From assembly GCA_964451595.1 (NCBI GenBank), contig CAYVIQ010000001.1, positions 1 to 29,930 of the forward strand: a DNA stretch of 29,930 bases. Reading direction: 5' to 3'. The notes beneath the pieces are model-generated. The model did not search any database. It was not told the origin of the DNA and saw nothing but the letters and a program-made list of their open reading frames with translations. Position numbers and translations under genes: made by a program. Of the stretch, positions 16,642 to 25,177 are shown in pieces (position 1 is the first letter of the stretch; each line of letters opens with the position of its first letter). Source of the DNA: Candidatus Woesearchaeota archaeon. Lineage in GTDB: Archaea > Nanobdellota > Nanobdellia > Pacearchaeales > GW2011-AR1.

Positions 16642-17547
16642 TTATTCTTCTTCAGATAGTTCTGATATGGGGATAGTAATTTTTATGGAAAAATCTCCAT
16701 AATTATCTTTTACTTCCTTTGAATTATATTGGTTTCCAAATTTTTGAGAGACTTGATAAGTTTTGTCTATTATTTGTTTATCGTATTTTTCTATCCGTCC
16801 ACCCAATTCTTTAATAATTTCTTTTACAAATTTAAATCCATAACCTTTTCCGAGACCTTCTAGTTTTCTCTTTTCGTTTCCATCAGTTTTGTTTTCCATT
16901 ATTATCTCAAGATTTCCCGAATTGTTTAATCGTATTCCTTGTTTTATTCTTGTATTTTCTGGGGCATAGTTTAGACTATTTCCTGATAACGTAGACCAGA
17001 TAGTGAAGAATGCATCTTTATTTGAATATATTTGGATTGGTTTTTCATAATTTTGATTGTATTTTAAATTCAATATCAGATTGTTTTCAGATAAATCTTT
17101 TGTAACTGATGAAGCGTTTTCTTTGGCTATTTCTTCTAGAGAAAAATATTCTCTATTTTTTTTTAGATCAACTTTTTTTAGATTGCTAAGATTTATGATG
17201 TTTGCAATGTTTAAACTTCGTCTTGAATTTTTTTCAATTTGTTCGTGAAGCCAGTTTTTCTCTTCTTCTGAAGAATATAATTTATTTTCTAAGAGTTCAT
17301 TTGCTTGAGTTATTCTTCCTAAAGGTCCTCTCAGATCATGTAAAACCATACCCTTGATTAGATTATGATTTTCAATTGTCTTCTGGTATTCTTTTTCTTT
17401 TTTTAAATATTCAATTTCATTTTTTGTATTTTCTTCTTTTAATAAATTCATCTGGTCTTGATAATTTTTTATAGCTTCGACTAATTCTAAAGGTATTTCT
17501 TCTTCATATTTTTTTATTAGATTGTCTAAATTACTCTTCTTTTTCAT
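16642..17547 (-). CDS. Soluble histidine-kinase-like protein (HisKA + HATPase)
   Basis: H-box HDLRGPL, N-box LSGNSLNYA, G2-like GLGKGYGF..VKEI...LGG; N-terminal coiled coil, no TM segment. Confidence 0.82.
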   Translation of the reverse strand: MKKKSNLDNLIKKYEEEIPLELVEAIKNYQDQMNLLKEENTKNEIEYLKKEKEYQKTIENHNLIKGMVLHDLRGPLGRITQANELLENKLYSSEEEKNWLHEQIEKNSRRSLNIANIINLSNLKKVDLKKNREYFSLEEIAKENASSVTKDLSENNLILNLKYNQNYEKPIQIYSNKDAFFTIWSTLSGNSLNYAPENTRIKQGIRLNNSGNLEIIMENKTDGNEKRKLEGLGKGYGFKFVKEIIKELGGRIEKYDKQIIDKTYQVSQKFGNQYNSKEVKDNYGDFSIKITIPISELSEEE

Positions 17548-17584
17548 GTTATTACTATATAATAGTATTATTTAAAGGTTTTGG

Positions 17585-20056
17585 TTAGAAATCTGCTAGA
17601 GATGTTTGCTTTTTTTTATTGATTAAATCTTTGACATTGACATCTAAAACTTGGAGAATATTTTCCACTGCAGGAAGAATTTGCTTTTCAAGATAGTATT
17701 TAATATTATATTCTCCTGTTTCAAGAGGTAATTTTACTTTGTCTCTTACTAGTTTTGAAGAAGCTTTCCCTGATTCGGGTTCTGCAAGATAATACTCAAT
17801 TAGATTTCCCTCCGAAACAGGAATTCCCAAAGATTTCATTTTTTTTGCAGCTACAACATGTGGAGATATTGCTTTATATTCGGATAAAGGTTTTTTCAGT
17901 TGTGTTCTTATTATTAGTTCTTTTTTATTTGCTTCTCGATTTTTTACTTTTTTGATTATCTTTTTTAGATATTCTACTGCGGATTTTTCGTTTCCTTCTT
18001 TAAGTACAAGTTCTATTATTCTGTTTTGAACTTCTCTTGCTAGATTACACCAATCTCTTCTTACTGTTTCAAATCCCCTAATTTTTATTTTGTTATCTTC
18101 AGATAAAAGTGCATATTTTTTTTTTGCTCCGTATTCACCTGAACGTTTTGTTACCCAGAGACCTCGTTTGAAAAATCCTTCTAAATCTAATTCCATTATT
18201 CCGGGAAGATTCAAATTTATTTTCTTTAATAGTTCCAGTGCCTGCTTTTTTGTTTTTTTATCTAATAAAACTGCGATAGAGTCTGTGTCTGAATATACTG
18301 GTTGGAAATTATCTTTTTCGAATATTTTTATCGCTTTTTTTATGTTCTCTCTCGCGAAATATGCTGTTGATGCAGCGGCTTCGAGCGAGTAATATCTTGC
18401 TCCGAAAAACCCTTGATAACCGTAAGCAGCGTTTGCAATTAGTTTGAATGCATTACTTCTTGCTTTGAATAGGGGGTTTGGGTTTTTGCTATATTCCTCT
18501 TTGAATTTTCTTCTCTTCAAAATTATTTCTTCAAGTAATTCTGATATGAAGCCTCTATCTTTTGAGAAAAAGAAGTCTTTTTCTCCGAGGACTGCTTTGT
18601 ATGAATTTTTTTTATTTTCAGTTAATGTTGATTTGGATAAATTGTATGTCACAATTACACTTCCATACATACTTGAAAAATCAAAGAAACCAATATTTTC
18701 ATAGAGTCCGGGTTTTGGTTGAAATACAAAAGCTCCTTCGTATTTTTCTCTTTGTCTTCTTTCTAGAACTTCAGGGTTGTGAGGTTTTCTTTCAGGAATT
18801 TCATTAAATCTTTCCAAATTATGGATTATAAAATCTTCAAAATTTCCTGCCATTGTCGTTCTTGAAACGTTGAACAATGGTTCTTTTGTTAGGGATGTTA
18901 TTTCTTCAATATCTGGCCAAACTCTTTCAAGAAGTTTGAAAGTTAGTGCCGAATCTTGTAAATTATATTCATAAAATAAATCCCAGTCTTTTTCTTTTTT
19001 CTTAAGTTCTTCAGCTAAATTAAATTCTACTTTTTTTTCGCCTAAAAGTTCTGACGAAATTTCATTTAAGGAGAGTGTTTCAGATTGTAAATATTGAGAG
19101 TATGCATTCTTTATGAATTTTAGTAAATCTAAATGTACAATTCCTTTTGTTCTTGCGGTTCCCATTCCAGATCCAGCAGGTCCGCGGGAGAATTTTGGCT
19201 GTGATTCATCAAGACTTAAATTTAATTTTATTTTGTATTTTTCTGCTCGAGATTTTATGTAAGGCATATCGAAACCGTCGGAAAAATATCCCGTAAGTAT
19301 GTCTGGAGAAAATTTTCTCACTTCTTTTATGAATGTTTCAATTAGTTCTTTTTCATCTTTAAGTTTTTGCACAAAGGATTTTTCTGAAGGGTTTTTGCAT
19401 GTTAAAACTTTTTTGTAATTTTTCCCTACAAGAGAAATCATTAGTATTTCTCCTTTTCCAATTTCAAATTCGGTTGTTTCTATATCGTATGCTAGAATTT
19501 TTGGATTGAATAATCCATGTTTTACAATTTTTTTTGAACTGTTTAGTTTTATGCAAAAATCGACGTCTAGAATATTATCAATGCCTCCGAATTCTTTGGA
19601 ATTGTTTAGCATTTCTCCTTCGATTTCATACCATTCTAAAGGATTTATTTTCTTTTCGATTATATAATGCGAGATGAATCCTAAATCTGTGCCACGAATT
19701 TTGTCTACTTTTTTTCTATCAATTTTGCTCGCTATCTCCAAGAAATCTTTGTAGTTTGTTGCAAATATTTTTAGTGCCTTGACTTTTTTACCAAGAAATT
19801 TCTTTTCATGGATTTCAATCTTTTCTATTTTTGTTTTTCTACCTTTAGAGTCAAGTTGTATTTTTTCAGTTTTTTTTATTAGTTCTCCTATTTCTTTTTT
19901 ATTTGCATTTGAATTAAGAATTGCCCAAAAGTAAATTGGACAAGAATCAATTAGACAAATCTTTTTTTCTTCTGAATTTCTACCGAATATTTTTATATAA
20001 TTTTTTCCCTCGAAATCAAAGTAATCATAGTCTATTGGGATGAAGTCAGTTTTCAT
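17585..20056 (-). CDS. polB: Family B DNA polymerase with 3'-5' exonuclease domain
   Basis: YDIET (ExoI), DGFD (ExoII), YNLQD (ExoIII), DFSSMY (A), KLIAN..YGY (B), YSDTDS (C), C-terminal PIP box QTSLADF. Confidence 0.98.
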   Translation of the reverse strand: MKTDFIPIDYDYFDFEGKNYIKIFGRNSEEKKICLIDSCPIYFWAILNSNANKKEIGELIKKTEKIQLDSKGRKTKIEKIEIHEKKFLGKKVKALKIFATNYKDFLEIASKIDRKKVDKIRGTDLGFISHYIIEKKINPLEWYEIEGEMLNNSKEFGGIDNILDVDFCIKLNSSKKIVKHGLFNPKILAYDIETTEFEIGKGEILMISLVGKNYKKVLTCKNPSEKSFVQKLKDEKELIETFIKEVRKFSPDILTGYFSDGFDMPYIKSRAEKYKIKLNLSLDESQPKFSRGPAGSGMGTARTKGIVHLDLLKFIKNAYSQYLQSETLSLNEISSELLGEKKVEFNLAEELKKKEKDWDLFYEYNLQDSALTFKLLERVWPDIEEITSLTKEPLFNVSRTTMAGNFEDFIIHNLERFNEIPERKPHNPEVLERRQREKYEGAFVFQPKPGLYENIGFFDFSSMYGSVIVTYNLSKSTLTENKKNSYKAVLGEKDFFFSKDRGFISELLEEIILKRRKFKEEYSKNPNPLFKARSNAFKLIANAAYGYQGFFGARYYSLEAAASTAYFARENIKKAIKIFEKDNFQPVYSDTDSIAVLLDKKTKKQALELLKKINLNLPGIMELDLEGFFKRGLWVTKRSGEYGAKKKYALLSEDNKIKIRGFETVRRDWCNLAREVQNRIIELVLKEGNEKSAVEYLKKIIKKVKNREANKKELIIRTQLKKPLSEYKAISPHVVAAKKMKSLGIPVSEGNLIEYYLAEPESGKASSKLVRDKVKLPLETGEYNIKYYLEKQILPAVENILQVLDVNVKDLINKKKQTSLADF

Positions 20057-20139
20057 GTTTTAATTAATTTAATTTAGTTTTTATAATTTGGGAATTTGAA
20101 CATAGAAAAGTTTATATATAATTTTAGAGTAGTTAATTT

Positions 20140-20463
20140 ATGAAAAGAAACTTAAGAAAAGAGCGAAATTATGTTGATAAATTGCATTCGTTGGAAGGCG
20201 CAAGACAAAAAGCTTTGTTAAATGGAAATATACGAAAATATTTTGTGTTAAGCTCTGAAGCAGGTTTTGAAATTGAAGATGAGCTTAAAAAAACATATCC
20301 TGTTGAATATATTGATGTTTTTTATGGTAACAAAAGATCTAAATCGGTGATTATTAATGAGGTTAGACAGGAATATCTTGGAATAATTAGGGATAAGGAT
20401 TATTGTTTAAAAAAAATATATGAACGACTTGACGATATAATCGAAAATGATTCTCGTAGATAG
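20140..20463 (+). CDS. Hypothetical protein (107 aa)
   Basis: ATG with TTTATATA (20111-20118) at canonical spacing; no motif recognised. Confidence 0.7.
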   Translation: MKRNLRKERNYVDKLHSLEGARQKALLNGNIRKYFVLSSEAGFEIEDELKKTYPVEYIDVFYGNKRSKSVIINEVRQEYLGIIRDKDYCLKKIYERLDDIIENDSRR

Positions 20464-20493
20464 TTATTTATATTTATTTTATTTTGATTTATT

Positions 20494-21534
20494 ATGGGAT
20501 TAAACATTCGAGAGATTATTCCTCGGAAAGAAATCGAGATAGAAGATTTGTCTGGAAAAATTCTTTGTGTTGATGCATTTAATGCATTGTACCAATTTTT
20601 AAGTACGATTCGTCAGCCAGATGGAACGCCTCTTATGGATTCGCAGGAAAGAATCACTTCTCATTTATCAGGGATTTTTTATAGAAATATTAGTCTTATG
20701 AATTTGGGTGTTAAACTTGTTTATGTTTTTGATGGTAAACCTCCTGATTTAAAGAGGAAGATACATGCAAAGAGAGGTAGTGCGAGAGATTTGGCTAAAG
20801 AGAGATATGAAGAAGCAAAGTCAGAAGAGAATCTTGACCGAATGAAAAGTTATAGTTCTCAGATGGTTAGATTGAATGACGAAATGATTTCAGAAAGTAA
20901 AGAACTTTTAGAAGCCATGGGAATTGGGGTTATTCAGGCTCCTGGCGAAGGTGAGGCAGAAGCAGCTTATTTGTGCCATGTTAAGAAATCTGTTTATGCA
21001 TCTGCATCGCAAGATTATGATAGTTTGCTTTTTGGTGCAGACAAACTTGTTAGAAATTTGACATTGTCAAGGAGAAGAAAAACTTTTAATGGTTATGTTG
21101 AAGTTAAACCTGAGATTATCGAACTTGAAAAAGTTTTGAATTATCATGAAATAAATTTGGATCAGTTAATTTGTTTAGGAATTCTGGTAGGGACTGATTA
21201 TAATCCTAAAGGCATTCCGAGGATCGGTCAAAAAAAGGCTTTAGATATTGTCAAGAAATATAAATATCCATTTGAGATTTTTAAAAGTGTTGAAGATAAA
21301 TTAAATGATTTATCTGAAGAAGATAAATTTGATTGGAAAGAAATTTATGAATTGTTTCACAAGGCAGATGTTAGAGATTATGAAATTGATTTTCCAAAAG
21401 TTGATGAAGAAAAGCTTAAAGAGATTTTAGTTGAGAGACATGAATTTTCTGATGAGCGTATTGAAAAACAACTTGAGAAATTAAGAGAAATTAAAAAGAA
21501 ACAATCTCAAAAGAGTTTGGGTAAGTGGTTTTAG
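20494..21534 (+). CDS. fen: Flap endonuclease 1
   Basis: MGLNI, DAFNALYQFL.TIRQPDG, VFDG.PP, APGEGEAEA, SQDYD, GTDYN, C-terminal PIP box QKSLGKWF. Confidence 0.99.
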   Translation: MGLNIREIIPRKEIEIEDLSGKILCVDAFNALYQFLSTIRQPDGTPLMDSQERITSHLSGIFYRNISLMNLGVKLVYVFDGKPPDLKRKIHAKRGSARDLAKERYEEAKSEENLDRMKSYSSQMVRLNDEMISESKELLEAMGIGVIQAPGEGEAEAAYLCHVKKSVYASASQDYDSLLFGADKLVRNLTLSRRRKTFNGYVEVKPEIIELEKVLNYHEINLDQLICLGILVGTDYNPKGIPRIGQKKALDIVKKYKYPFEIFKSVEDKLNDLSEEDKFDWKEIYELFHKADVRDYEIDFPKVDEEKLKEILVERHEFSDERIEKQLEKLREIKKKQSQKSLGKWF

Positions 21535-22544
21535 ATTTTATTTAGTTTGTTAACAATCCTTTCCATTTCTTTTTGTAATCGAATGTATTTTTCTTTCGCT
21601 CCTGGGACCCCTTTTGCTGTAAAATTTGCTTGTTTAATTGCTTCTTGATATTTTTGATTATAAAGTGATTTTAAATTTTGGATGGATCTTTCTCTTAATC
21701 TTTCGTTTTTTATGTATTTTTTTTGTTCGTGAGGGGGTAAAGCTAATTGTTGTTTTGCATAAGGTAGGGCAAGTTGAGATTTTTGTTGTTGACGCATTTT
21801 TCTTGCAATTTCTTCTTGTTCTTGTGCAACCCTCTTTCTTTGCATTTCGTTTTCTCTATTCTGAAGTTTTTCGAGATTTTCTTTTTCTATTTTAGCTTGT
21901 CTGATTTGTGCAATTCTTGCAGCCCTTTTTCTTTTCTTAACTTCATGTCTCATTTGTTTAATTTGATCTTTTGTATATCCTGTTGCTTGACCGATTCCCT
22001 TTCCAGTTGCAGCTAGTTCTTTTCCAGCATATCTTCCAACTTGTCCAATTCCTCTTCCAGTTGTAGTCAAAATTCTTTTCCCTTGTTTTTTACTTATTAT
22101 CATCCCTACTACAACCAATCCCGCACCTAAGCCAATCATGAATGCTTTTTGGTAGATGAAAGGCATTAAACCTAAAAGAAGCATTAATCCTCCTAGGATT
22201 GTTAAGAATCTCCCGAATGAAAATCTCTTTGTTTCTGTTTCAGGGTTTGTCTTTCTTGATAAAAAGAAAAGAAAAATTATCGTTAATATGGGCATTGCTA
22301 TGTAGAGACTATCCTCAGGAATTCCTAGTTTGTAAAATTGGATTGTTAAATCAAAGTTTGTTCTGTTTAGACCGTACATAGCCATGAAGGATATTGCAAG
22401 TGAGATTACTGTTGCTATTGAGTTATTCTTTCCGAAGGCAGTTTTTCTAAGAATGAACATTAACATTGCGAAAACAATTATGAAAAATGTTACTAGAAGT
22501 ACTGTGTTGAAATCTATACCATAAAGTAAGCCACTCAAACTCAT
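21531..22544 (-). CDS. Membrane protein with N-terminal TM bundle and long basic coiled-coil tail
   Basis: About five hydrophobic segments in the first 150 aa, then repeats TG(R/K)GIGQ x2 and QLALP x2 flanking a K/R/E/Q-rich helix; TTTAAAAC box at 22565-22572. Confidence 0.85.
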   Translation of the reverse strand: MSLSGLLYGIDFNTVLLVTFFIIVFAMLMFILRKTAFGKNNSIATVISLAISFMAMYGLNRTNFDLTIQFYKLGIPEDSLYIAMPILTIIFLFFLSRKTNPETETKRFSFGRFLTILGGLMLLLGLMPFIYQKAFMIGLGAGLVVVGMIISKKQGKRILTTTGRGIGQVGRYAGKELAATGKGIGQATGYTKDQIKQMRHEVKKRKRAARIAQIRQAKIEKENLEKLQNRENEMQRKRVAQEQEEIARKMRQQQKSQLALPYAKQQLALPPHEQKKYIKNERLRERSIQNLKSLYNQKYQEAIKQANFTAKGVPGAKEKYIRLQKEMERIVNKLNKI

Positions 22545-22620
22545 TTCTTTCTAAACAAATCGCTGGTTTTAAATTTTAGCTTTTCGGAAAACTTTAATAT
22601 GTTGAAAATTATGTTTTTTT

Positions 22621-23409
22621 ATGGTAATTCAAAAGTCATTTAATGTTTTGGGAAATATTGCGATTGTTAATTTTAATGATGGTATCCGTGCTAGAGATAA
22701 GAAAAAATTTGCTGAAGACATCTTGAAAAAACATTTGAGCATAAAAACGGTTCTTGAAAAATCTGGAAATTTTAAAGGTCGTTTGAGAAAAATGGAAACT
22801 CGTTATTTGGCTGGTGAAAAAAATAAAGAAGTTTTGTATCGAGAGAATGGTTGTGTTTTTAGATTCAATGTTGATACAACTTATTTTTCTCCGAGATTGA
22901 GCAATGAACGAAAAGAAATTGCAGAGATGACAAAAAAGGGTGATGAAGTTTTTGTTATGTTTGCTGGTGTTGCACCTTTTAGTATAGTTATAGCTAAAAA
23001 TTCTTCTGTTAAGAAGGTTTATTCTAATGAGATTAATCGTGAGGCTAATAAGTATGCTAAGTTAAATTTGGATTTGAATAAAGTTAAAGATAGAATCGAA
23101 TTAGTTAATGGCGATGCAAAAAGAATTTGTGAAAAGTTTCGTAAGGAAAACAAAAATTTTGATTTTATTGTTATGGCTCGGCCAAATTTGAAAGATACTT
23201 TTTTAGAGGATGCATTTAAAGTTTCAAAAAAAGGAACACGAATTTCTTATTATGGTTTTTGTAAAATTGAAGATATTGGAAAAATTGTTGAACAAATAAA
23301 ATTTGAAGCTAAGAATGCAAAGAAAAAAATTAAAATTCTAGAAATAAAACATGCAGGAGAAATAGCTCCTTATAAAATTAGAGTTAGGATCGATTTTAAG
23401 ATTTTGTAG
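22621..23409 (+). CDS. trm5: Trm5/Tyw2 (Met-10+) family tRNA G37 methyltransferase lacking the N-terminal D1 domain
   Basis: SFNVLGNIAIV, YRENGC.FRFNV..TYFSPRLSNER, MFAGVAPF, NEIN..A; only 262 aa. Confidence 0.88.
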   Translation: MVIQKSFNVLGNIAIVNFNDGIRARDKKKFAEDILKKHLSIKTVLEKSGNFKGRLRKMETRYLAGEKNKEVLYRENGCVFRFNVDTTYFSPRLSNERKEIAEMTKKGDEVFVMFAGVAPFSIVIAKNSSVKKVYSNEINREANKYAKLNLDLNKVKDRIELVNGDAKRICEKFRKENKNFDFIVMARPNLKDTFLEDAFKVSKKGTRISYYGFCKIEDIGKIVEQIKFEAKNAKKKIKILEIKHAGEIAPYKIRVRIDFKIL

Positions 23410-23653
23410 GATAAAGATTATTATAAGTGTTTTCTACTTCAAATGCAAGATCTTTTTCTACTTCGCTATTGATTGTAAAATACTCGTTTATTTTTTCTTT
23501 TAATGTTTTTTTGGTTGTAATGTTTTCTAATTTTTCAATTGGTATCCCAAAAGTATAATTTATTTTTGATTTGTTTATCCCAGTTAGATAACCTTTTTGC
23601 AATACATTGAATGTTCTACAAAATTCGCTTAGATATTCTTGATTTACTTTCAT
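23396..23653 (-). CDS. Hypothetical protein (85 aa)
   Basis: ATG with TTAAAAAC (23674-23681) at canonical spacing. Confidence 0.65.
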   Translation of the reverse strand: MKVNQEYLSEFCRTFNVLQKGYLTGINKSKINYTFGIPIEKLENITTKKTLKEKINEYFTINSEVEKDLAFEVENTYNNLYPTKS

Positions 23654-23711
23654 TTTATTCGAAAAGTTTAGCGGTTTTTAAGAATTTGTATGTTGTATTT
23701 TTTGGACTTGA

Positions 23712-25022
23712 TTAGAGTTCTTTTTCTTTTTCTATTGCTGTTGGAGCTTCGCCTCCGTGCCATGTAAATCTGGGCCGTATCCTCATAGGATAAATTCTCT
23801 CTGAATTGTCATCAAGAATTATTGCTGAACCTTTTAGCGTAGGGAGGTCATCCATGTTCTCTTTTATTCCTTTTAGTAAATAACTTTGCATAATTTGGTT
23901 TAGAGCTTCTAAGTCTGGAGCGGAAGTTACTCTGTGGGAGATTACAATATCTGATTGAGTCATAACATCTCGATGAATCTTTCCAGGCTGTTGAGTTGCA
24001 AGAATTAAAGAAATTCCAGGTTGTCTTCCTTCACGAAGTAATTGTATTAGTGCATCGCTTGCTAAAGATTTTCCTTCAAGAGGCAAAAATTCATGGGCTT
24101 CATCTATGAATATCCATGTCAAGGGTGTTTCTTTTTTTGTTTCATTAATTCCGTAACTTAATCCTCTTGAGATTGCTTTTATTTCTTCAAGTTTTCTTGC
24201 GGCCATTCTTTCATTAAACATTTTTCTTGATAGAAGGCTTATAACTAAAGCTCGAATGTTGAAACTTCCCACAGAATTATACACGCTTAAATCTAGGACG
24301 GTTGTTTTTCCTGCATTGATTAAATCTTTTATTTTTGTTGGTTTTACTGAACTGTTTGAAAAAATTCCCCAAGTTTCGGCAGCTTCAAATAATCCTATTG
24401 CTGCATTTTTGTTTTCTTGAGTGTTTTTTTTGTCTGCTTCTATTTCTTCAATTATATCTTTTATGGAATATTCTCCTTTTTGTTTTATTTTATTTATTGT
24501 CCTCTCTATTAGGACAGCGATAGGATTTATTATATCAAGACCAAAAGTTAAAATCCAATCTTCTGCGTTCATTTCTGCAATATCTAAAGCAAACTTCTCG
24601 TCAATGGGCATACCTTTCTCAACATACGACTGATAATACCCAAATGGCACAAACACTTTTACCGCAGTAGTTTGAGGTTTCAAATCCCACTCTTGTAAAA
24701 GTTCTTTGTCTTTTTCGTTTTGAAATTTCATTGTCCAATAAATTCCCATTGTGTCGAATATTAATGAAGCAATATTTTCTGAAACTTCTTTTGGTAATTT
24801 TGAGAGTTCTTCTGCTAGAACCCCCAGAGTATACGATTTTCCTGAACCTCTTTTACCTGCTACAAGTATGACATGGGATCTTGCAATATCCATATAAATT
24901 TTGTTGCTTAATGAAGTATATTGACCCATTTTCACATATCCTTTTCCGAGATAAATTAATCCTCTTTCTTTGAAATTTTTCTTGTCTGAAGAATTTCTTC
25001 CCACGATTATATCATAAGCCAT
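23712..25022 (-). CDS. HerA/FtsK-superfamily (DUF87-like) P-loop ATPase
   Basis: Walker A GKRGSGKS, IFDTMG, Walker B IFIDEAH, REGRQPG arginine finger, ATQQP; GGAGA SD at 25029-25033. Confidence 0.92.
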   Translation of the reverse strand: MAYDIIVGRNSSDKKNFKERGLIYLGKGYVKMGQYTSLSNKIYMDIARSHVILVAGKRGSGKSYTLGVLAEELSKLPKEVSENIASLIFDTMGIYWTMKFQNEKDKELLQEWDLKPQTTAVKVFVPFGYYQSYVEKGMPIDEKFALDIAEMNAEDWILTFGLDIINPIAVLIERTINKIKQKGEYSIKDIIEEIEADKKNTQENKNAAIGLFEAAETWGIFSNSSVKPTKIKDLINAGKTTVLDLSVYNSVGSFNIRALVISLLSRKMFNERMAARKLEEIKAISRGLSYGINETKKETPLTWIFIDEAHEFLPLEGKSLASDALIQLLREGRQPGISLILATQQPGKIHRDVMTQSDIVISHRVTSAPDLEALNQIMQSYLLKGIKENMDDLPTLKGSAIILDDNSERIYPMRIRPRFTWHGGEAPTAIEKEKEL

Positions 25023-25074
25023 TGAAAATCTCCAGCGGGTTTTTCACACCTCTAGCAATTAATTTTTTTGACAT
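25012..25074 (-). CDS. Putative leaderless 20-aa uORF overlapping the ATPase start (MSKKLIARGVKNPLEIFNGL*)
   Basis: ATG 25074 lies 22 nt after ATTAAAAG (25096-25103); frame open to TGA 25014-25012, inside the ATPase gene. Confidence 0.4.
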   Translation of the reverse strand: MSKKLIARGVKNPLEIFNGL

Positions 25075-25177
25075 AATTCTCTTTGGTTAACAATACTTTT
25101 AATTCTTTTGATGTTTTTTGGGATTTGAAATTCCTTTTTACCAAAATGTTTTTAAAGGAAAATTTCATAGTTGTGTG

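Noticed and set aside
25118-25177. TTG-started extension of the Dsb-like protein
   Set aside because: It contains the TATA box for ATG 25178.
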